DNA of 64,000 bases from Octopus sinensis (GCF_006345805.1 NW_021833081.1:19631-83630), one strand, 5' to 3'; positions 27,226 to 41,966 are shown, numbered from the stretch's first letter. The notes: generated from the sequence alone by a model not told the origin. A program made the numbers and translations.

Positions 27226-28168
27226 ATATAATATATATATATATATAAATATAGTAGCGAAGGGGCCAAATGTGTGCGTATATGTGTGTATATTGTGAGA
27301 AGATTAAAGATAACGGAACATGATAGTGAGAGGCGTTAGACAAATTGATTGTAATATAGATTGTTAGGTAGACACATTAAGAGAGAACTAAGGCGATAAA
27401 TATAGACAGACAGAAAACGCTAGGGAGCACAAGAATAATGATAGATAGGAAGACATATTCATACACACACACACAAACACACACACACACACATACATTA
27501 ATGCGTATAGATGCATTGTTAGTTCATGTAGAGCGATGCTGGCAGATTCATCTATAGGCAAAGCGGGTGAAAGGTAAATTTTGCAAAGTTTGCTGTTATG
27601 CAAGACATTGGCCTTGTGATCCTTAAGAGTAACGTATGGTAAGAGCAGTCTATTCTTAGTTGGAAACAAATTTTTTCGACGTGCTTTTGGCGTATTATGC
27701 GATGGGTTTGTTCTTTTATGTTTTTCTGATGTGTGTTCTGGTATCAGATGTTCAGATCACAGCGACATATTTTGACTGATCAGAACCAGTGCCCAATGTT
27801 TGCCACCGGTGGACGTTCTTGGAAAATTCCCAAATATTCCACACGTCAGAATTCATAAGAATCGGTTTTATTTAGATCCTGTCCAATCCAGTCTCACAAT
27901 GTTGTGTTTCTTGAATATGGTTATCTGCGTCACTGTTGCTATGCAACCTGTAAAAATATCTGATCACATGATCAGTCTCAACCAAAGAAAAATGACCTCC
28001 CCTTCTGCCACCTTTCTACTCTACCTATAAAATTGTCAAGAAGGGTCACACCCGTACACCTCGCGGTTATATTTTTTGTAAACTCTGTGGAACAGAGGAT
28101 CGAATATCTTATTGTTTTGCAACAAGCATTAACTAAATTTCATGTGTTGAGTCTAATTCTCTCTCGTT

Positions 28169-28212
<44 letters not shown>

Positions 28213-28730
28213 CTACCCTTTAAATCAGCTGGCGTGTGATCGGATTTACTGCTTATAAACACAGTTTTCTCAGAGAAGACAACGTGGCACTGATGTAACG
28301 ATGTTGAGTGTTTAGCCTGAATTTGATTCTGCGTCCGGAGCTGTTGCACATCAGCAGATAGATTTTGCGCTTTCTGCACATATACCTCGGATCACTAATT
28401 CAAATTCGTTTCGGGTTGACTTGGGTATTCGGTACGGATCAGCTGAAATAACGACGAAATATCGATATCCACAGTCTTCAGTGCTTTATAACACTCCACG
28501 TCTTAAAGGGACGTTAACCTGGATGAATCCCGCAGTTGATAAACACATAAACAGAAACCTACATTGGCATCGGTAATGTTTTAAATTCATTTTAGCTCTA
28601 CAGGTATCGCGCTTTTCCTTTTATCTGTGGCTAACCTTTACACCGAAATACTGGCTCAATACCTAGTAAAATGGGGGTGAGGAATGAATTTCGTTAAACT
28701 AATAGGTATATATATAACCATATAGTTTAT

Positions 28731-29162
28731 ATTCATTTAAAAGGGAAAAAAAGGAAATTGGGAAGTTAATAATTGTTTATTATTAACAGCAAATTAGTCA
28801 TCTTCACTTACAGCCGTTTCTGTTATTACTCAATAAATATTAAATTTACATTTATGCAACATCAACATAATATCCACAGAGTTAAAGTTGTACGTTTGGA
28901 TGCTGTATGTGTGTTTCTGAATTCATTTTAGCAGTGTTTGTTATTTCATTTTATCAGTTTGCTAAAATGAATTCACAAACACACATACAGCATCAAAGCT
29001 ACATCTTTTTACCCCTGATGATATTATGCTCATGTCGCATAAATGTAAATTTAATGTTTATTGAGTAATAATAGAAACGGCTGTAAGTGAAGCTGACCAA
29101 TTTGCTGTTAATAATAAACGATTATTAACTTCCCAATCACCATTTTCTTATTTTAAATGAAT
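28731..29162. repeat. ~430 bp imperfect palindrome made of two inverted pLTR-like HHR-bearing arms
   Basis: Arms 28757-28933 / 28960-29137 are complementary, with a 26 nt spacer and outer attcatttaaaa/ttttaaatgaat. CTGATGA(29015)...GAAA-C-GGCT-G-TA(29074-29085). Confidence 0.8.
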
Positions 29163-29255
<93 letters not shown>

Positions 29256-29574
29256 TGTGCGTGTGTGTGTGTGTGTGTGCGTGGTGTGTGTGTGCGTGTG
29301 TGTGGTGTGTGTGTGCGTGTGTGTGTGCGTGTGTGTGCGTGTGTATGTGTGTGTGTGTGTGTGTGTGCGTGTGTTCGCGTGTGTGATATGATATTCCTAA
29401 TTGTATTTCACTTCTTGGAAATACTAATTCCTTCATAATATGTCTTATGATCCGAGTGTTTTGTATAACCTGCCGTTTCACCGGCGTTGAACGTGTAGAC
29501 CGACTATAAACTAAGTTCCAGTCGTGACCGTCACATTTTCTCTATTTATGTAACATTAAAAAGTTCAATGTGTC

Positions 29575-29765
29575 CTTAGCACACCGGAAAACATGCTTGG
29601 CATCCTTAGTTTCGGCTCTTTTCTTTCTGTGTTCAAATCGAAGCCAACTTAGAACTTTTAGAATTTCGGAGTCGTTAAAATAAATACCAGTTAAGCACTA
29701 AGGTCGATGTAATCCACTTGCCCATCCCCTCAAAATTACCGGACTTGTGCCTCAATTAGAAATAC
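29575..29765 (+). mobile_element. SINE family A, decayed
   Basis: gttcaaatc...ttcggagtcgttaaaataaataccagttaagcactaaggtcgatgtaatc...cttgtgcc. Confidence 0.6.
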
Positions 29766-30139
29766 TAGATTATTGTTAATAAACTAGAGTCTTTTTTGAT
29801 GAATTTCCACTACTTTTTCTAGTATGTTGAGCAATCATACAGAGGCTCTCCCATGGGGAAAATAAATGAATTGAAATTTAAATCAATAAATATAATTTAT
29901 TTTAGACGCTTTTTCCTATCACCTGAGCTTGACTGCTTGTCTGGGTCAGCTTGTCTTTTACATCTCCCTGGGGTTCATAATATTACTGGTATTATTACAT
30001 AAGAATTGATTTAATGTGAAGTTCACTTTATCCCCATTCTCTCCAGTAGGTACAGCATTGTGGTTAAGCTAAGGGCAGCCAAACGATCCCGTCTCAGTTT
30101 TATCGAAATACGTCGACTGGAAATATCTAGCAGCTTTCT

Positions 30140-30455
30140 TTTCCTTTCGCCCTTTTCAAGCATAGCCAGGCTCATGGGCCCGGTTTCCTGGTTTCTGTGG
30201 CGTATGTGTTCCCCCCCCCCCAGCTGGACGGGTCGCCAGTCCATCGCAGCGTTACTCAAGAAACAGGAAGAGAGAGTGAGAGAAAGTTGTGGCGAAAGAG
30301 TACAACAGGGGTCACCACCACCCCTGTCAGAGCCTCAAGGAGCTTTTAGGTGTTTTCGCTCAATAAACACACATAACGCCCGGTCTGGGAGTTGAAACCG
30401 TGATCCTCCGACCGCATGTCCGCTTACCTGACCACTGGGTCATTGCACCTCCACT
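30140..30455 (-). mobile_element. tRNA-derived SINE (family C)
   Basis: Minus head ggaggtgcaatgacccagtggtcagg...ggtttcaactcccagacc (A/B boxes); body with ctgcgatggactggcgacccgtccag. Confidence 0.8.
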
Positions 30456-31518
30456 ATCTAGCAGCTTCACCCTCTAAAATACATTTATTCATAATTTTGG
30501 CACAAGGGGTCAGCTTTCGGATGAAGAAGGGTTTCTGGCGTTTATGACGGCCTTCTCATACTGGAATAGAATGGGAAAATGGAAAGAAAATACGAAATAA
30601 ATTAGAAATTATAATCAACTTTCGTAATGATCAGTTCTCGCAGCTCAAATAGTTTTCTTGTAAAAATCTCATGGCATGGTATTTCGTGTCCTTATTATTC
30701 CTTGTTGGTACTGTTGACCGGTTTGGGAATGGAAAGAGGGAGAGAGAGAGAATAGTGACTAAATCCATCTTAGACTTTATTAAATTTCATTCGCACTGCC
30801 TGATATGTTGTTGATTTTATCTCAAGAAATATCGATCTTTTGGTCAAACAATTGACTGGGGTGGGTGTGGCTAGAGTTGAATAATTACACTTCAGTAGTT
30901 GACAGGTGATCGATCTGGGAAAATTAGAAGCCAGAGTTGACCGGGTCAGAATTCGGACTCTGAATGCAAAAGGCTTTGACAAAACACCACACTTGTTTTG
31001 TTTTTTGTTCGAAGTTAGAGTTAGGGGATTTATATCGGGAGATTTATTGGGTTAAGGTTTAAAAATAAATTGAGGATGAAGTAAAGAATTAATATTTATC
31101 TCAGAGTGGGATGAAGTAAGGTAGAGAGAAGAGAGGAAAGACGTAAGGTAGAAATAAGAGTTATAGGGATATAGAAGGAGCATGCGTTAATGATCATGGG
31201 GGTTTGTATGTGGGTACTATTCGCGGGGGTGGGGTGGGGTTACATTTAGATTTATGAAAGAATATCAAAGTGCGGAGGAATTTTTGCTTACACGTTGTCT
31301 ATTTTTTACGCAATATTGGTGAGATGTGGATTAGGATTTTGAGAGCTTCTTCTATGCAAAGACCACAACTTTGTATATATATATACACACAAATATATAT
31401 GCAAATATACATACATATATATATATACATACACACAACACACACACATATACATACATATGCATACACATACACACTCTTGTATGTGCATACATATATA
31501 CATAGACAGAGATCTATC

Positions 31519-31777
31519 TCGTGTCACACCAAGCTTTTGGCAAAATTCGATGCAGATTCTCTGCTCAACTTTCTCTGTCATGGTCAATGCGACAATCACA
31601 CGCTACACACTTTCCTTCCAAGCACTGCTGTAAACAGCGGAAGTGATCTTGAACGTTAAAACTTAGTGCACATGTACAACAGAGTTCAAGGTCAGTCTGT
31701 GCCAAGCGGCTTCACTCTGCGTATTTTAGCTTCGTTACTATGACAACAGTCCGGATACTTATTGATCAGACCACGTA
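31519..31777 (-). mobile_element. mariner 5' remnant with TIR
   Basis: MTEKVEQRICIEFCQKLG; terminus tacgtggtctgatcaataagtatccggactg. Confidence 0.75.
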
Positions 31778-31784
31778 TATAAAC

Positions 31785-32176
31785 ACGAGAGGGTACTGAA
31801 AAGTTCCTGGCTTCGGGTAAAAGAAAACACAGGAGTGTCTGGGGAGAGTCATTTTCTGTTGGTGCCTCATAATTTAACACATTCACCGGTAACATTTCCA
31901 CAAAGAGAAAATGACTCTCCCCAGACACAACAGAATATGCTTCAACACACAAACTCACACAAAGAATCTTGTAAACCAAGTCCAAAAATAAAAGAAAATA
32001 CACACGAAAATCTGTTAATTAGGATTTTATTCAACATTTTCTCCTCTCAGATTCACACACTTTTTGCAGCGGTCCTTTAGTTTTTCTAAGCCCTGTAAAA
32101 GAACTCGGAAAATTGGGTCTCCATCCAGGGCCTTCGTGATATCTTTGAAGCCAGAAACATTACAGCACTCTTCGTA
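31785..32176. mobile_element. Non-autonomous mariner-type element (MITE) with ~28 bp TIRs
   Basis: acgagagggtactgaaaagttcctggctt / aagccagaaacattacagcactcttcgta imperfect inverted termini. Confidence 0.65.
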
Positions 32177-32768
32177 CACACACACACACACACACATCCA
32201 ATTATATGTCTAGGTATATGCACACATTTTCAATGTATTTGAATTGCTGTTGGCTCTTTGAAAGCGATCTACTGCCATCCACCATTTGCTTTCTCTAATT
32301 CCCGCCTTTTAACACGTTCTGTCTGTTTGTCTTTTAACCTGCTGGAGTGGATTTTGTTGGGGGGGGGGAGCAAAGAAACAACACAAAACGCAAAAAAAAC
32401 CGTATAATAATAAAAACAAAAGAAGACAATGAATCACAACAGAACCGCACACATATACACACCTACACATACCAACACACACACACACATATATAAACAA
32501 ACACGTACACACGCACGTACACGTTTACGTAAAGATTGATATACACACATGCATACACACACATGCACACATACAGACATACACACAGAATTTATCGGTT
32601 TCCTCGTCTCTTTGAAACCCAACGCCACTATTTACATGTTTGGCAAAATTCCAACCAGGTGATACTGAGTGTATATGGACGTGCACACATGCGTGTGTGT
32701 GTGTGAGTGTTTATGTATGTATGTATATACGCATGTGTGGACGTGGATATATATGCCTTATTTGTGAA

Positions 32769-32807
<39 letters not shown>

Positions 32808-32830
32808 GCGTACGCATATATATAAATATG

Positions 32831-32877
<47 letters not shown>

Positions 32878-33385
32878 ATATATATACATGCATTTATGTA
32901 TATATCTACATATATATATATATACTTGTGTACGTGTGTATATGTAAACACGTGTGTGTACGTGTAACCATAGTTATGTCTATATATATATATAGGTGTA
33001 TGTTTATACATCTTTATGCATATATATGTGACAATGTGTACGTAGAGAGAGAAAGAGAGAGAGAGAGAGTGAAAAAAAGAGAGGGAGACAGAAAGAGAGA
33101 GAGGATTGTGGTCGATATTGTGAGAGGGGAAACTATGTTTATGTGGCCCTCCGTTCACTGTCTCCTCTCACCCTTCCTCTTTCGCTTAATGGAATTTACA
33201 TGATGGCAACTTTGCCATATTAATGACTATCTATAGTGACATCTATGTTACAAACATACACACACACACACACACATACACACACACACAACACACACAC
33301 ACACACACATACACACACTAACATGCATCTTCACCCATATGCACTCACTTCTACACACGCCTACAGACGTCTGTAGTCATGTATA

Positions 33386-33511
33386 TAATGCACATATCTA
33401 CACACTTGCATTCGCCTATAAGCATAGACAAAAATATGCATTCATTATATATGAATGCATATTTTTGTCTATGCTTATAGGCGAATGCAAGTGTGGTAGA
33501 TATGTGCATTA
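33386..33511. repeat. Near-perfect 126 bp palindrome
   Basis: 33401-33445 is the exact reverse complement of 33451-33495 (5 nt loop), extended by 15 bp after a 1 nt bulge. Confidence 0.9.
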
Positions 33512-33936
33512 TTACATGATGCACACACGTTCATATACACAAAACACACACGTTCATATATATATATCTATATTATATATTATATATATATATGTATAAT
33601 ATACATATATATATATATATATATAATATATATATATACATATATATATATAATATAATATATATACATATTATATATTTATAGGTGTATATATTATATA
33701 TAATAATAACATCCACAACTCCCTCTCTCTATGTATACATCCGCACACACTCACACATATGTTTGTATGTATTTATGTGTATGTTTGTATGTATGTATCT
33801 ATCTATCTATTTATCTATCCATCTATCCACCCAACACCTATCTACCTACCTACCTACCTACGTACCTACGTACTACCTACCTACCTACCTACCTACCTAC
33901 CTACCTACCTACCTACCTGCCTGCCTGCGTGCCTGC

Positions 33937-34002
<66 letters not shown>

Positions 34003-34020
34003 CTCTATCTATTCATCTAT

Positions 34021-34380
34021 CAGCAATGGGCCGAGAGGAAGCTATCCCTAAAAGGTCGGGCGGAGGTGACGAATGCGTACATCACATCCGTCATCGAGTA
34101 CTGTCCGACCGTCGTGCCTTGCCCCGACCCTACCATCAACAAACTGGAATGCATATTCTTCCGCTTCTTGTGGAAGGGAAGCGTTCCGATGGTTAGACGA
34201 TCCATTTGCTGTCAACACCGGCTAAATGGAGGGCCAGGCATGCCGTGGTTGATGACATGAGCTGATGACTGCGACATCTCCGGCGCTCCATAGACGACGG
34301 TGAACAGGTGTGGTCGCTTTTTGTGTGTCGCGCTTTCCCGCAGCTCGTCTTCTTGGTCGAAATGCAGTCGTGGATGAAAC
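34021..34380 (+). mobile_element. L1/Tx1-clade LINE fragment (post-RT region)
   Basis: WAERKLSLKGRAEVTNAYITSVIEY...P...INKLECIFFRFLWKG...VRRSICCQ...GGPGMP. Confidence 0.8.
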
Positions 34381-35459
34381 TTTAAGATAAAAGAATAGTG
34401 TTATGGTTCCCGAATTGTTGAGTATCACACCTTCCGTCTCTGCTCTCAATCCAATGCGATTGAGCAACAGTTATGGCCTCATTTGATCTACATTTGCACT
34501 TGGCATCGTGTTTTGGACATTTCTTGTGCTTTACTTTGCTTCCATCGCAGTGTTTTTCTGCGTTTAAATCTGGCCATCGTATTTTGCATTCTACTTTACT
34601 CGTCTGACGTAGTTGGTTGTCACTTTGTTATAAGTTGATGAGGTTTACGGGCAGCAAAACTTTTTCGTTAGTTGCCTCAGTTCTCTCTTAAAAAGAATGC
34701 CTGGCGCCTTACAATTCGGGGAAAGGTGTCATTTATTTTTACATCTATCGTAACATTAATGATATTAAAGGTCAGTTCAAGTTGAACTAGGACTTGTCCT
34801 AGAGGATTTGGTAGGTACGACGTGCGACATTTGCTTCCAGGTTATGATACATCTCTACGATCAGCATCGTTCTCATCCTGGACCGCACAAGATCCTTGTC
34901 TACATCCTTTCTCCTATAACTATACTGATATAAAACAGTTGATGATACTGAGAGTATCAACCTGTCGAGTAACAATATGGAAATATATATAAATATATAT
35001 ATATATATAAGTAAATGTTTATATATATATATATATATTATAATATAAATATATATATGTATGTATATGTGTGTGTACGCAGGTGCATGAATGTGTGTGT
35101 GCATGTGTTGTGTGTATGTATGTATATATATTGGTGTATATATATATATATATGTGTGTGTATGTATATTGTAAATATTAACGCTAATGCTGAGCTTAAT
35201 AACTCAGGAAAATATAATGTTCGTGTGATCTTCGTTATGGCATGAACGCCTGTGAAGAATGGTACTTAACAGAAGAAGAATCGTTTCAAACGCACGGAAT
35301 ATAAATAGGAGGAGATAGTCTCCAAATTCTAATTCCTTATAAAAATACAGCATACTTTAGAAAGAACAAAAAAAAAAAAAGAAAAGAAACCCAGAGCTTT
35401 AATAAAGTTGGATGTCGGGAGGGAAGGTCACAGATTGTCATTCACTTCTAGAAGTAGCA

Positions 35460-35489
35460 ATAATAATAATAATAATAATAATAACAATA

Positions 35490-35544
<55 letters not shown>

Positions 35545-36869
35545 GTGAAAATAGTAATGACGATAATAATATTAGTAGATGATATTAAACTAAGAAATAT
35601 TCATACTAAGAGAAAATATATCAACGGAGAAGGAAATGACACTAACCAACAACAAAAGCAATAAAAAAAAAAAAAAAAAATAATAATAATAATAATAATA
35701 ATAACAACAACAACCATAATAATGATGTATGGCCAGAAAAACCGATGATGATCATATCATATTATACAGTATTTTTTTTATATTGTCTCATATTTTCACT
35801 AACTTTTTATATATATATTATCTTTTATTTTTTTCAATTTTTTAACATTATTTTTATTATTTTTATTGTTGCAGAAGTTGGTATTATTATTGTTGTTGTT
35901 ATTATCATTATTTATTAAAAGCTATATATTATAATTTTTTTGTCATGTTAATAATGATGACTATTATTATCATATACTGCCATTAGTATTATTATCATTA
36001 TTATTAATATTATTATTATTATTATTGTTGTTGTTGTTATTATTATTATTATTACTATTATTACTATTGGTGTTGTTGTTGTTCTTGTTATTTATTTTTA
36101 TATTACATTTAATATCATCATCATCGTCGTTAATATTATTATCATCATTATTATTACTAATATTTATTATTATTAATAATATTCTGTTTCTATGAATATT
36201 ATTGTGACGAAGATTGCCATTCTTCTTCTTCTTCTTCTTCTCCTCCTCCTCCTTCTTGCTATTATTACGATTATTATTATTTAAAAGAAACATTATAAGA
36301 ATTACTACAACTGCTACTACTACTAGCGCTACTACTACTACTACTACTACTACTATACTACTACTACTACTACTACTACTACTACCACTAGAGCTGCTCT
36401 TATTGAAACATCCAGCTTCTATCAATATTATTTTGACGCTAATAATTGTTATTTTTGTTGTTATATTGTTATTATTGTTATTATTATTACTAATGTTACT
36501 GTTGCTATTATTACTATTTTCTTTGTTATTGTTGCTGTTATTATTATTATTATTATCATTATTATTGTAGCTGTTATTGTTGTTGTTGTTGTTATTAACT
36601 ATTGAGGTTGTTAAAAAGGAAGAAAGCAGCAATGTCGGCTGTTTAACGAACTGCTACGCTCCATAGATGCATAAATCAGGAAAAAGAAATTTCCTCAGAT
36701 AATGGCGTATGTTAGGTTTAGATATTAGCCGAGGTTCCATGTAAATTTTTAAATATTATTTCCATTTTTAGATTTATTTCATTTCAATTGAAAATACTAA
36801 ATAATAATAATGATAATAATAATAACGATAATAATAATAAATAATAAATAATAATAATAATAATAATAA

Positions 36870-36901
<32 letters not shown>

Positions 36902-36909
36902 TAATAATA

Positions 36910-36958
<49 letters not shown>

Positions 36959-36965
36959 TAATAAT
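35460..36965. repeat. Compound AAT/TAT/TAC/TTC trinucleotide microsatellite region
   Basis: Long (AAT)n, (TTA)n, (CTA)n and (TTC)n tracts. Confidence 0.9.
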
Positions 36966-38392
36966 AAAAAGAAAATTAGAGAATTATTTTTTTTGTTACT
37001 TTTTCCTCTCAAAATATCAATGATTATCTCTTCCTTTAATGGCGACCATAAAGTAAAATGTCTTACACAGGCATATACACACAGACTCGCATTCAGACAC
37101 ACGCATGCGCATATACGCGCATACATGTGCAGATACACACATATATATATATGTATATTAACATATATATGTGCGTGTGTGTGTGTGTGTGCGTGTAAAT
37201 GTATGTATGTATCTATATTACTTGTAGAAATCATAAGTGTCGGCCCATGAAATCTAATATGGATGTGGGTGGGTGTATGCGTATATATATACACACATAC
37301 GCACACAGCACTTAAACACACTCACGTACACGCACATATCTATTTATATGCACTTATATATACTGTCTTATCTCTCTGCCTCAGACATACACGTCTCTTT
37401 CTCTGTGTATGTATATATATATATATATTATATATATATATACATACACACACGCGCACACATATATATGCATATATGCATACATACATATGCATATGTT
37501 GGTGTATGTATATTAATATATACATGTATGTATATATAATATATATATATATATAAGTATATATATATGTATACATATATACACATGTATAAGTATACAC
37601 ATAGAGAGGCTTGCGTACGTATATACACATCAATCGGTCGGCAGACGTTTAAGCATCTTGTATTTAGACGTATGCTTCAGTCTGTTCGCAGGAACGATGG
37701 TCTCCTCTCGGAAGTTAATAGAATAAGACTGATTCTAGTCACACGATAAGACAAGTTAATAGATAAAAATAATCAAAATCTTTTAAAGAGACGTCCTGAA
37801 ACAGGATATTGTGAATAGCCATGCCATTATGACTGGAGGTAATATCTGGAAGGTATTTCACTGACGTCAACACAAATATCTAACGTTCGTAGCAAGACCG
37901 GACGAGCTTGAGTTTCACAGAAACAGCTATTAAAAAGCGTTTTACTATAAGACTATAAAAGCAAAAGATATATATTGATAACAGAGCTGAGCGAATCTAT
38001 TTAAATTTATCGCTTTCGTTGTAAAGATGAAAGTTTGCAAGTTGGCGAGGTTATGTGTTAATTAAATAGGTCAAACTTATACAACAACTTTAGGTCGGAC
38101 TACAATGCTGCTGCTGTTACTAATACAAAATGATATTATAGTGTAATATAATATTTCATCAATTCAAACACAGTCATCGATGGAGAGTTGACATCGACGT
38201 CGACATACAAACAGTTCGCCATTTCTAAAACGAACGAATTCTTTACAACAATATAAAAGAAAATAAAACAACATTCAGAACTGGATTGGAAGATGTCTTG
38301 TGTTGGAGAGAAATAAAGAATATTGTATTGTTCGTGTGTGAGTGTTTGCGTTGAGGTGTGTGTTTGTGTATGTGTGGATGAGTCTGTGTGTG

Positions 38393-38480
<88 letters not shown>

Positions 38481-39554
38481 ACTGGTGAGGTAGATGTTGA
38501 GGTGGTTGGAGTTGCAATGTTAAAAAGGTCAAACAAACAGCGCCATCTCTCGGAGACTAATTATTCATCTATAAGGATTATGTCAGAACGACATTTGACA
38601 AATATAACAAAGTCAAACTTTTGAGTTCTGTACAATTTGTCTATAGAGAATCTACAAGGGAAAGAAAGAAAAAAAAGAAGAAAGAAAGAAAGGAAGGAAG
38701 GAAGGAAGGAAGGAAGAAACAGAGAGAGAGAGAAAGAAAATAAAAATAATCATAAAAAAAAGACAAACGTACAAACACGAAAAACACATTAACAATTTTT
38801 CGCTCTTGCTGTTTCGCTGATTACTATAGAAATTTTAAAAGCCAGTCAGTAGGAAAATTTTTTGTGAAAATGCAAAAACAGAAAATGGAAGAAAAAAGGG
38901 GATTTTATTGCAAGAGAGAGAGAGAGGCATCGCACATTCAAAGACTTTCAGAGCAATATCCATTCTATAATTCCAATGATAGGATGATAAATTGGACCCT
39001 AATATTGAAAATAAAATTTGTTTCGGCATGAAAAAAAAAAAGGAAAAGAGAATGTTATTGATAATAATATGAATAAGATAGAGAATCGCCAACAATCCTC
39101 GCTTTACTGTTGGCATCCATTAATATAAAAAGCATCACAACAACAACAACAACAACAAAGATAGCAGCGGCAGCAGCAGCAGCGGCGGTGGTGTACATAT
39201 TCTACAGAACCACCTTCCGACATTAACACACATTACACTGATTATACAACACATATCACATACGAAATACAAATACTATACAACATAATAAATAAAAACC
39301 ACACAACGCAGACACTACAACAACAACAACAACAACAATAATAATAACTACAACAACAAGCATTAAAATAACAAGAGAAACAACAAAATAAACCTGCAAT
39401 AAAACTAATGGAGGAGACAAATGTAGGCGTAGGTGTCCTGCCCACATGGCTGCGTATACCTCAGAAATATGGAGGTGTACCTGTTGATGGAGTAGAAACT
39501 TGGGTGGCAATGTTGACAACATGATGAATATTGGTTATTGCTCTTAATATTATT

Positions 39555-40005
39555 AAGTGTGTGAGCTGACAGAATTGTTTGCGCTCCGGACAAAATGCCT
39601 AGCAGCTTTTCTTCCGGCTCTTTACGTTCTGATTTCAAATCCCGTCAAGGTCGACTTACCTTTTCATCCCTTTGGGGGGGGGGGGGGTCTATGAAATAAA
39701 TACCAGTTATGCATTAGGGTCGATGTAACTGACTTGTCTCCTCCCCAAGTGTTGCTGGCCTTGTGACAAAATTTGAAATTGATATTATTTAGGGTGTGAT
39801 GAGCTCGCAGAGTCGTTAGCTAGCCGGACAAAACGCTCAGCAGCAATTCTTCCGGATTTATACGTTCTGATTTCAATTCCTGCTGCGGTCGACTTTGCCT
39901 TTCGTCCTTTCGGGGTCGATAAAGTGAATACCAGCTGAGTACTGGGGGTCGACGTAATCGACTAGGCGCCCTCCCCACCAATTTCTGCATTTCTAGAAAG
40001 GACTA
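39555..40005 (+). mobile_element. Two tandem SINE family A copies
   Basis: 39555-39785 and 39795-40005 each contain ttctgatttcaa.t.cc...gtcgactt.ccttt.c.tcc.tt.ggggg...taccag...ggggtcga.gtaa. Confidence 0.8.
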
Positions 40006-40081
40006 TTATCTTATTGCACAGAATGTTAATAAAACATTTGCGTCTATTGTTTTCTCCTCTTCAGGTTAATTGCCAAGCCTT

Positions 40082-40172
40082 AATGAAGGTGCTGCGATGG
40101 CGAATGGCTTAGTGGTTGGGACGCGCGGCTAACGATTGTTTGGTCATCAGTTCGATTTCCGGCCGGGCGTTG
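40082..40172 (+). mobile_element. tRNA-like SINE head fragment
   Basis: tggcttagtggtt...gttcgatttccggcc A/B boxes, similar to the head of 51455-51778. Confidence 0.5.
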
Positions 40173-40173
40173 C

Positions 40174-40269
<96 letters not shown>

Positions 40270-40295
40270 GTCCGTCTGTCTGACTGTCTATCTAC

Positions 40296-40370
<75 letters not shown>

Positions 40371-40560
40371 GTGAGAGTGTACAAAAAAACAACAAAAAAA
40401 AACAACAACAAAAGACGAAGACGGGAGTGTAAACAACAAACAGATGTATTAGTTTAACGCTCGGACGTGATAAAGACTTTTACGTTTCGAGCCTACGCTC
40501 TTCGACAGAAAGGAACACGGAAATAAACAGGGAGAGAAAATAAAAATGGTTTAGTGGTTA
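40371..40560 (-). mobile_element. Short PLE pLTR-like element with minimal HHR-like core (40477-40512), same family as 7634-7810
   Basis: Minus strand: cttt-CTGTCGA-a-gagc-gtag-gctc-GAAA-C-GTA-aaag, then gagcgtta.actaatacatctgtttgtt...gtcttcgtctttt. Confidence 0.65.
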
Positions 40561-41338
40561 GAGAAGCGATAGCTAGATAATTCGATTAACTATCTATCTA
40601 TTACCTGTCTGTCTATCTGTCAGTCTGTGTGTCAGTTTGTCTCTCACTCTCTTTCACTCTTGGTCTCTCTCTCTCTCTCTCTCTCGGTCTTTTATTGTTA
40701 TAGTTTCATATCGAATTGGAACAATTAAAGAAACGGTCGTACAATCTATAATCAATCACACACACACGCACACGCACACACACACACACACACACACACG
40801 CCACACACAATTGTCCCCCCCCCCGATACACGCCACACACACACAAACACACACATCTATACCAGCACCGCTAGTAACAGCAGCTGCTCACGTTGAGCTA
40901 AAAAAACTACAGTTACAAGAAGATCCATTCCACACCCCCAAGAAAAAAACATATAAATATAGATAGAACAGACATTCACACACCAAAGGCGGGAGACCTA
41001 TCAAGCCTACACAAACCATGTACAATAACTGCAAGAACAGCAGCAGCAGCAGTGATAGTAACAATAAGAGGAACAACAACAACATTTTGCGATGAAGTTT
41101 CTATTTCCAGAATGGTAATATAGAAAATAGCAATTCATTAACGAACAACTTGTGGAATAACACTTTACTAAAAGGGAGACAAGCAAACGGACACACATAT
41201 ACATACATATACATACATATATACACACACACACATATATACATACACATGGATGTCTATATGTATGTATGCATGTATATATATGTTATATTTATGTAAA
41301 TAGGTATGAATGTATATATATGTATATAAATGAATGCA

Positions 41339-41432
<94 letters not shown>

Positions 41433-41433
41433 A

Positions 41434-41464
<31 letters not shown>

Positions 41465-41622
41465 CATATATATATTTATATATGTACATATATATATATC
41501 AACAATAATAATAATAATTATAAGGATTATTTCGAAGTGGCATAACACACACAAACGCACAAACACACACGCACATACACACATGCACACACGCATACAC
41601 ACACACACACACACGCACACAA

Positions 41623-41658
<36 letters not shown>

Positions 41659-41810
41659 TCACTCATCGATATTCTCTTGAGTGTACAGTAATTCCGGCGC
41701 GATTGAGGGATCAAGAGATTTGTTGGGAATAGATCTTAGATTGTATTAGTCGAAGCAGTAGCAGCATACGTACGCACACAGACGGAGATGCGTGTGTATA
41801 TATATATGTA

Positions 41811-41875
<65 letters not shown>

Positions 41876-41966
41876 CTACATACATGCGCATATACGCAAA
41901 AACCTACGTAACCACATTTACTCACGCACGCGTGTGTGCTTGCGGGTTGGGAAGCGAATATGCGTA

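Noticed and set aside
39408-39525. Short non-repetitive frame MEETNVGVG... as a host exon
   Set aside because: 38 codons, no recognisable domain and no convincing splice context.
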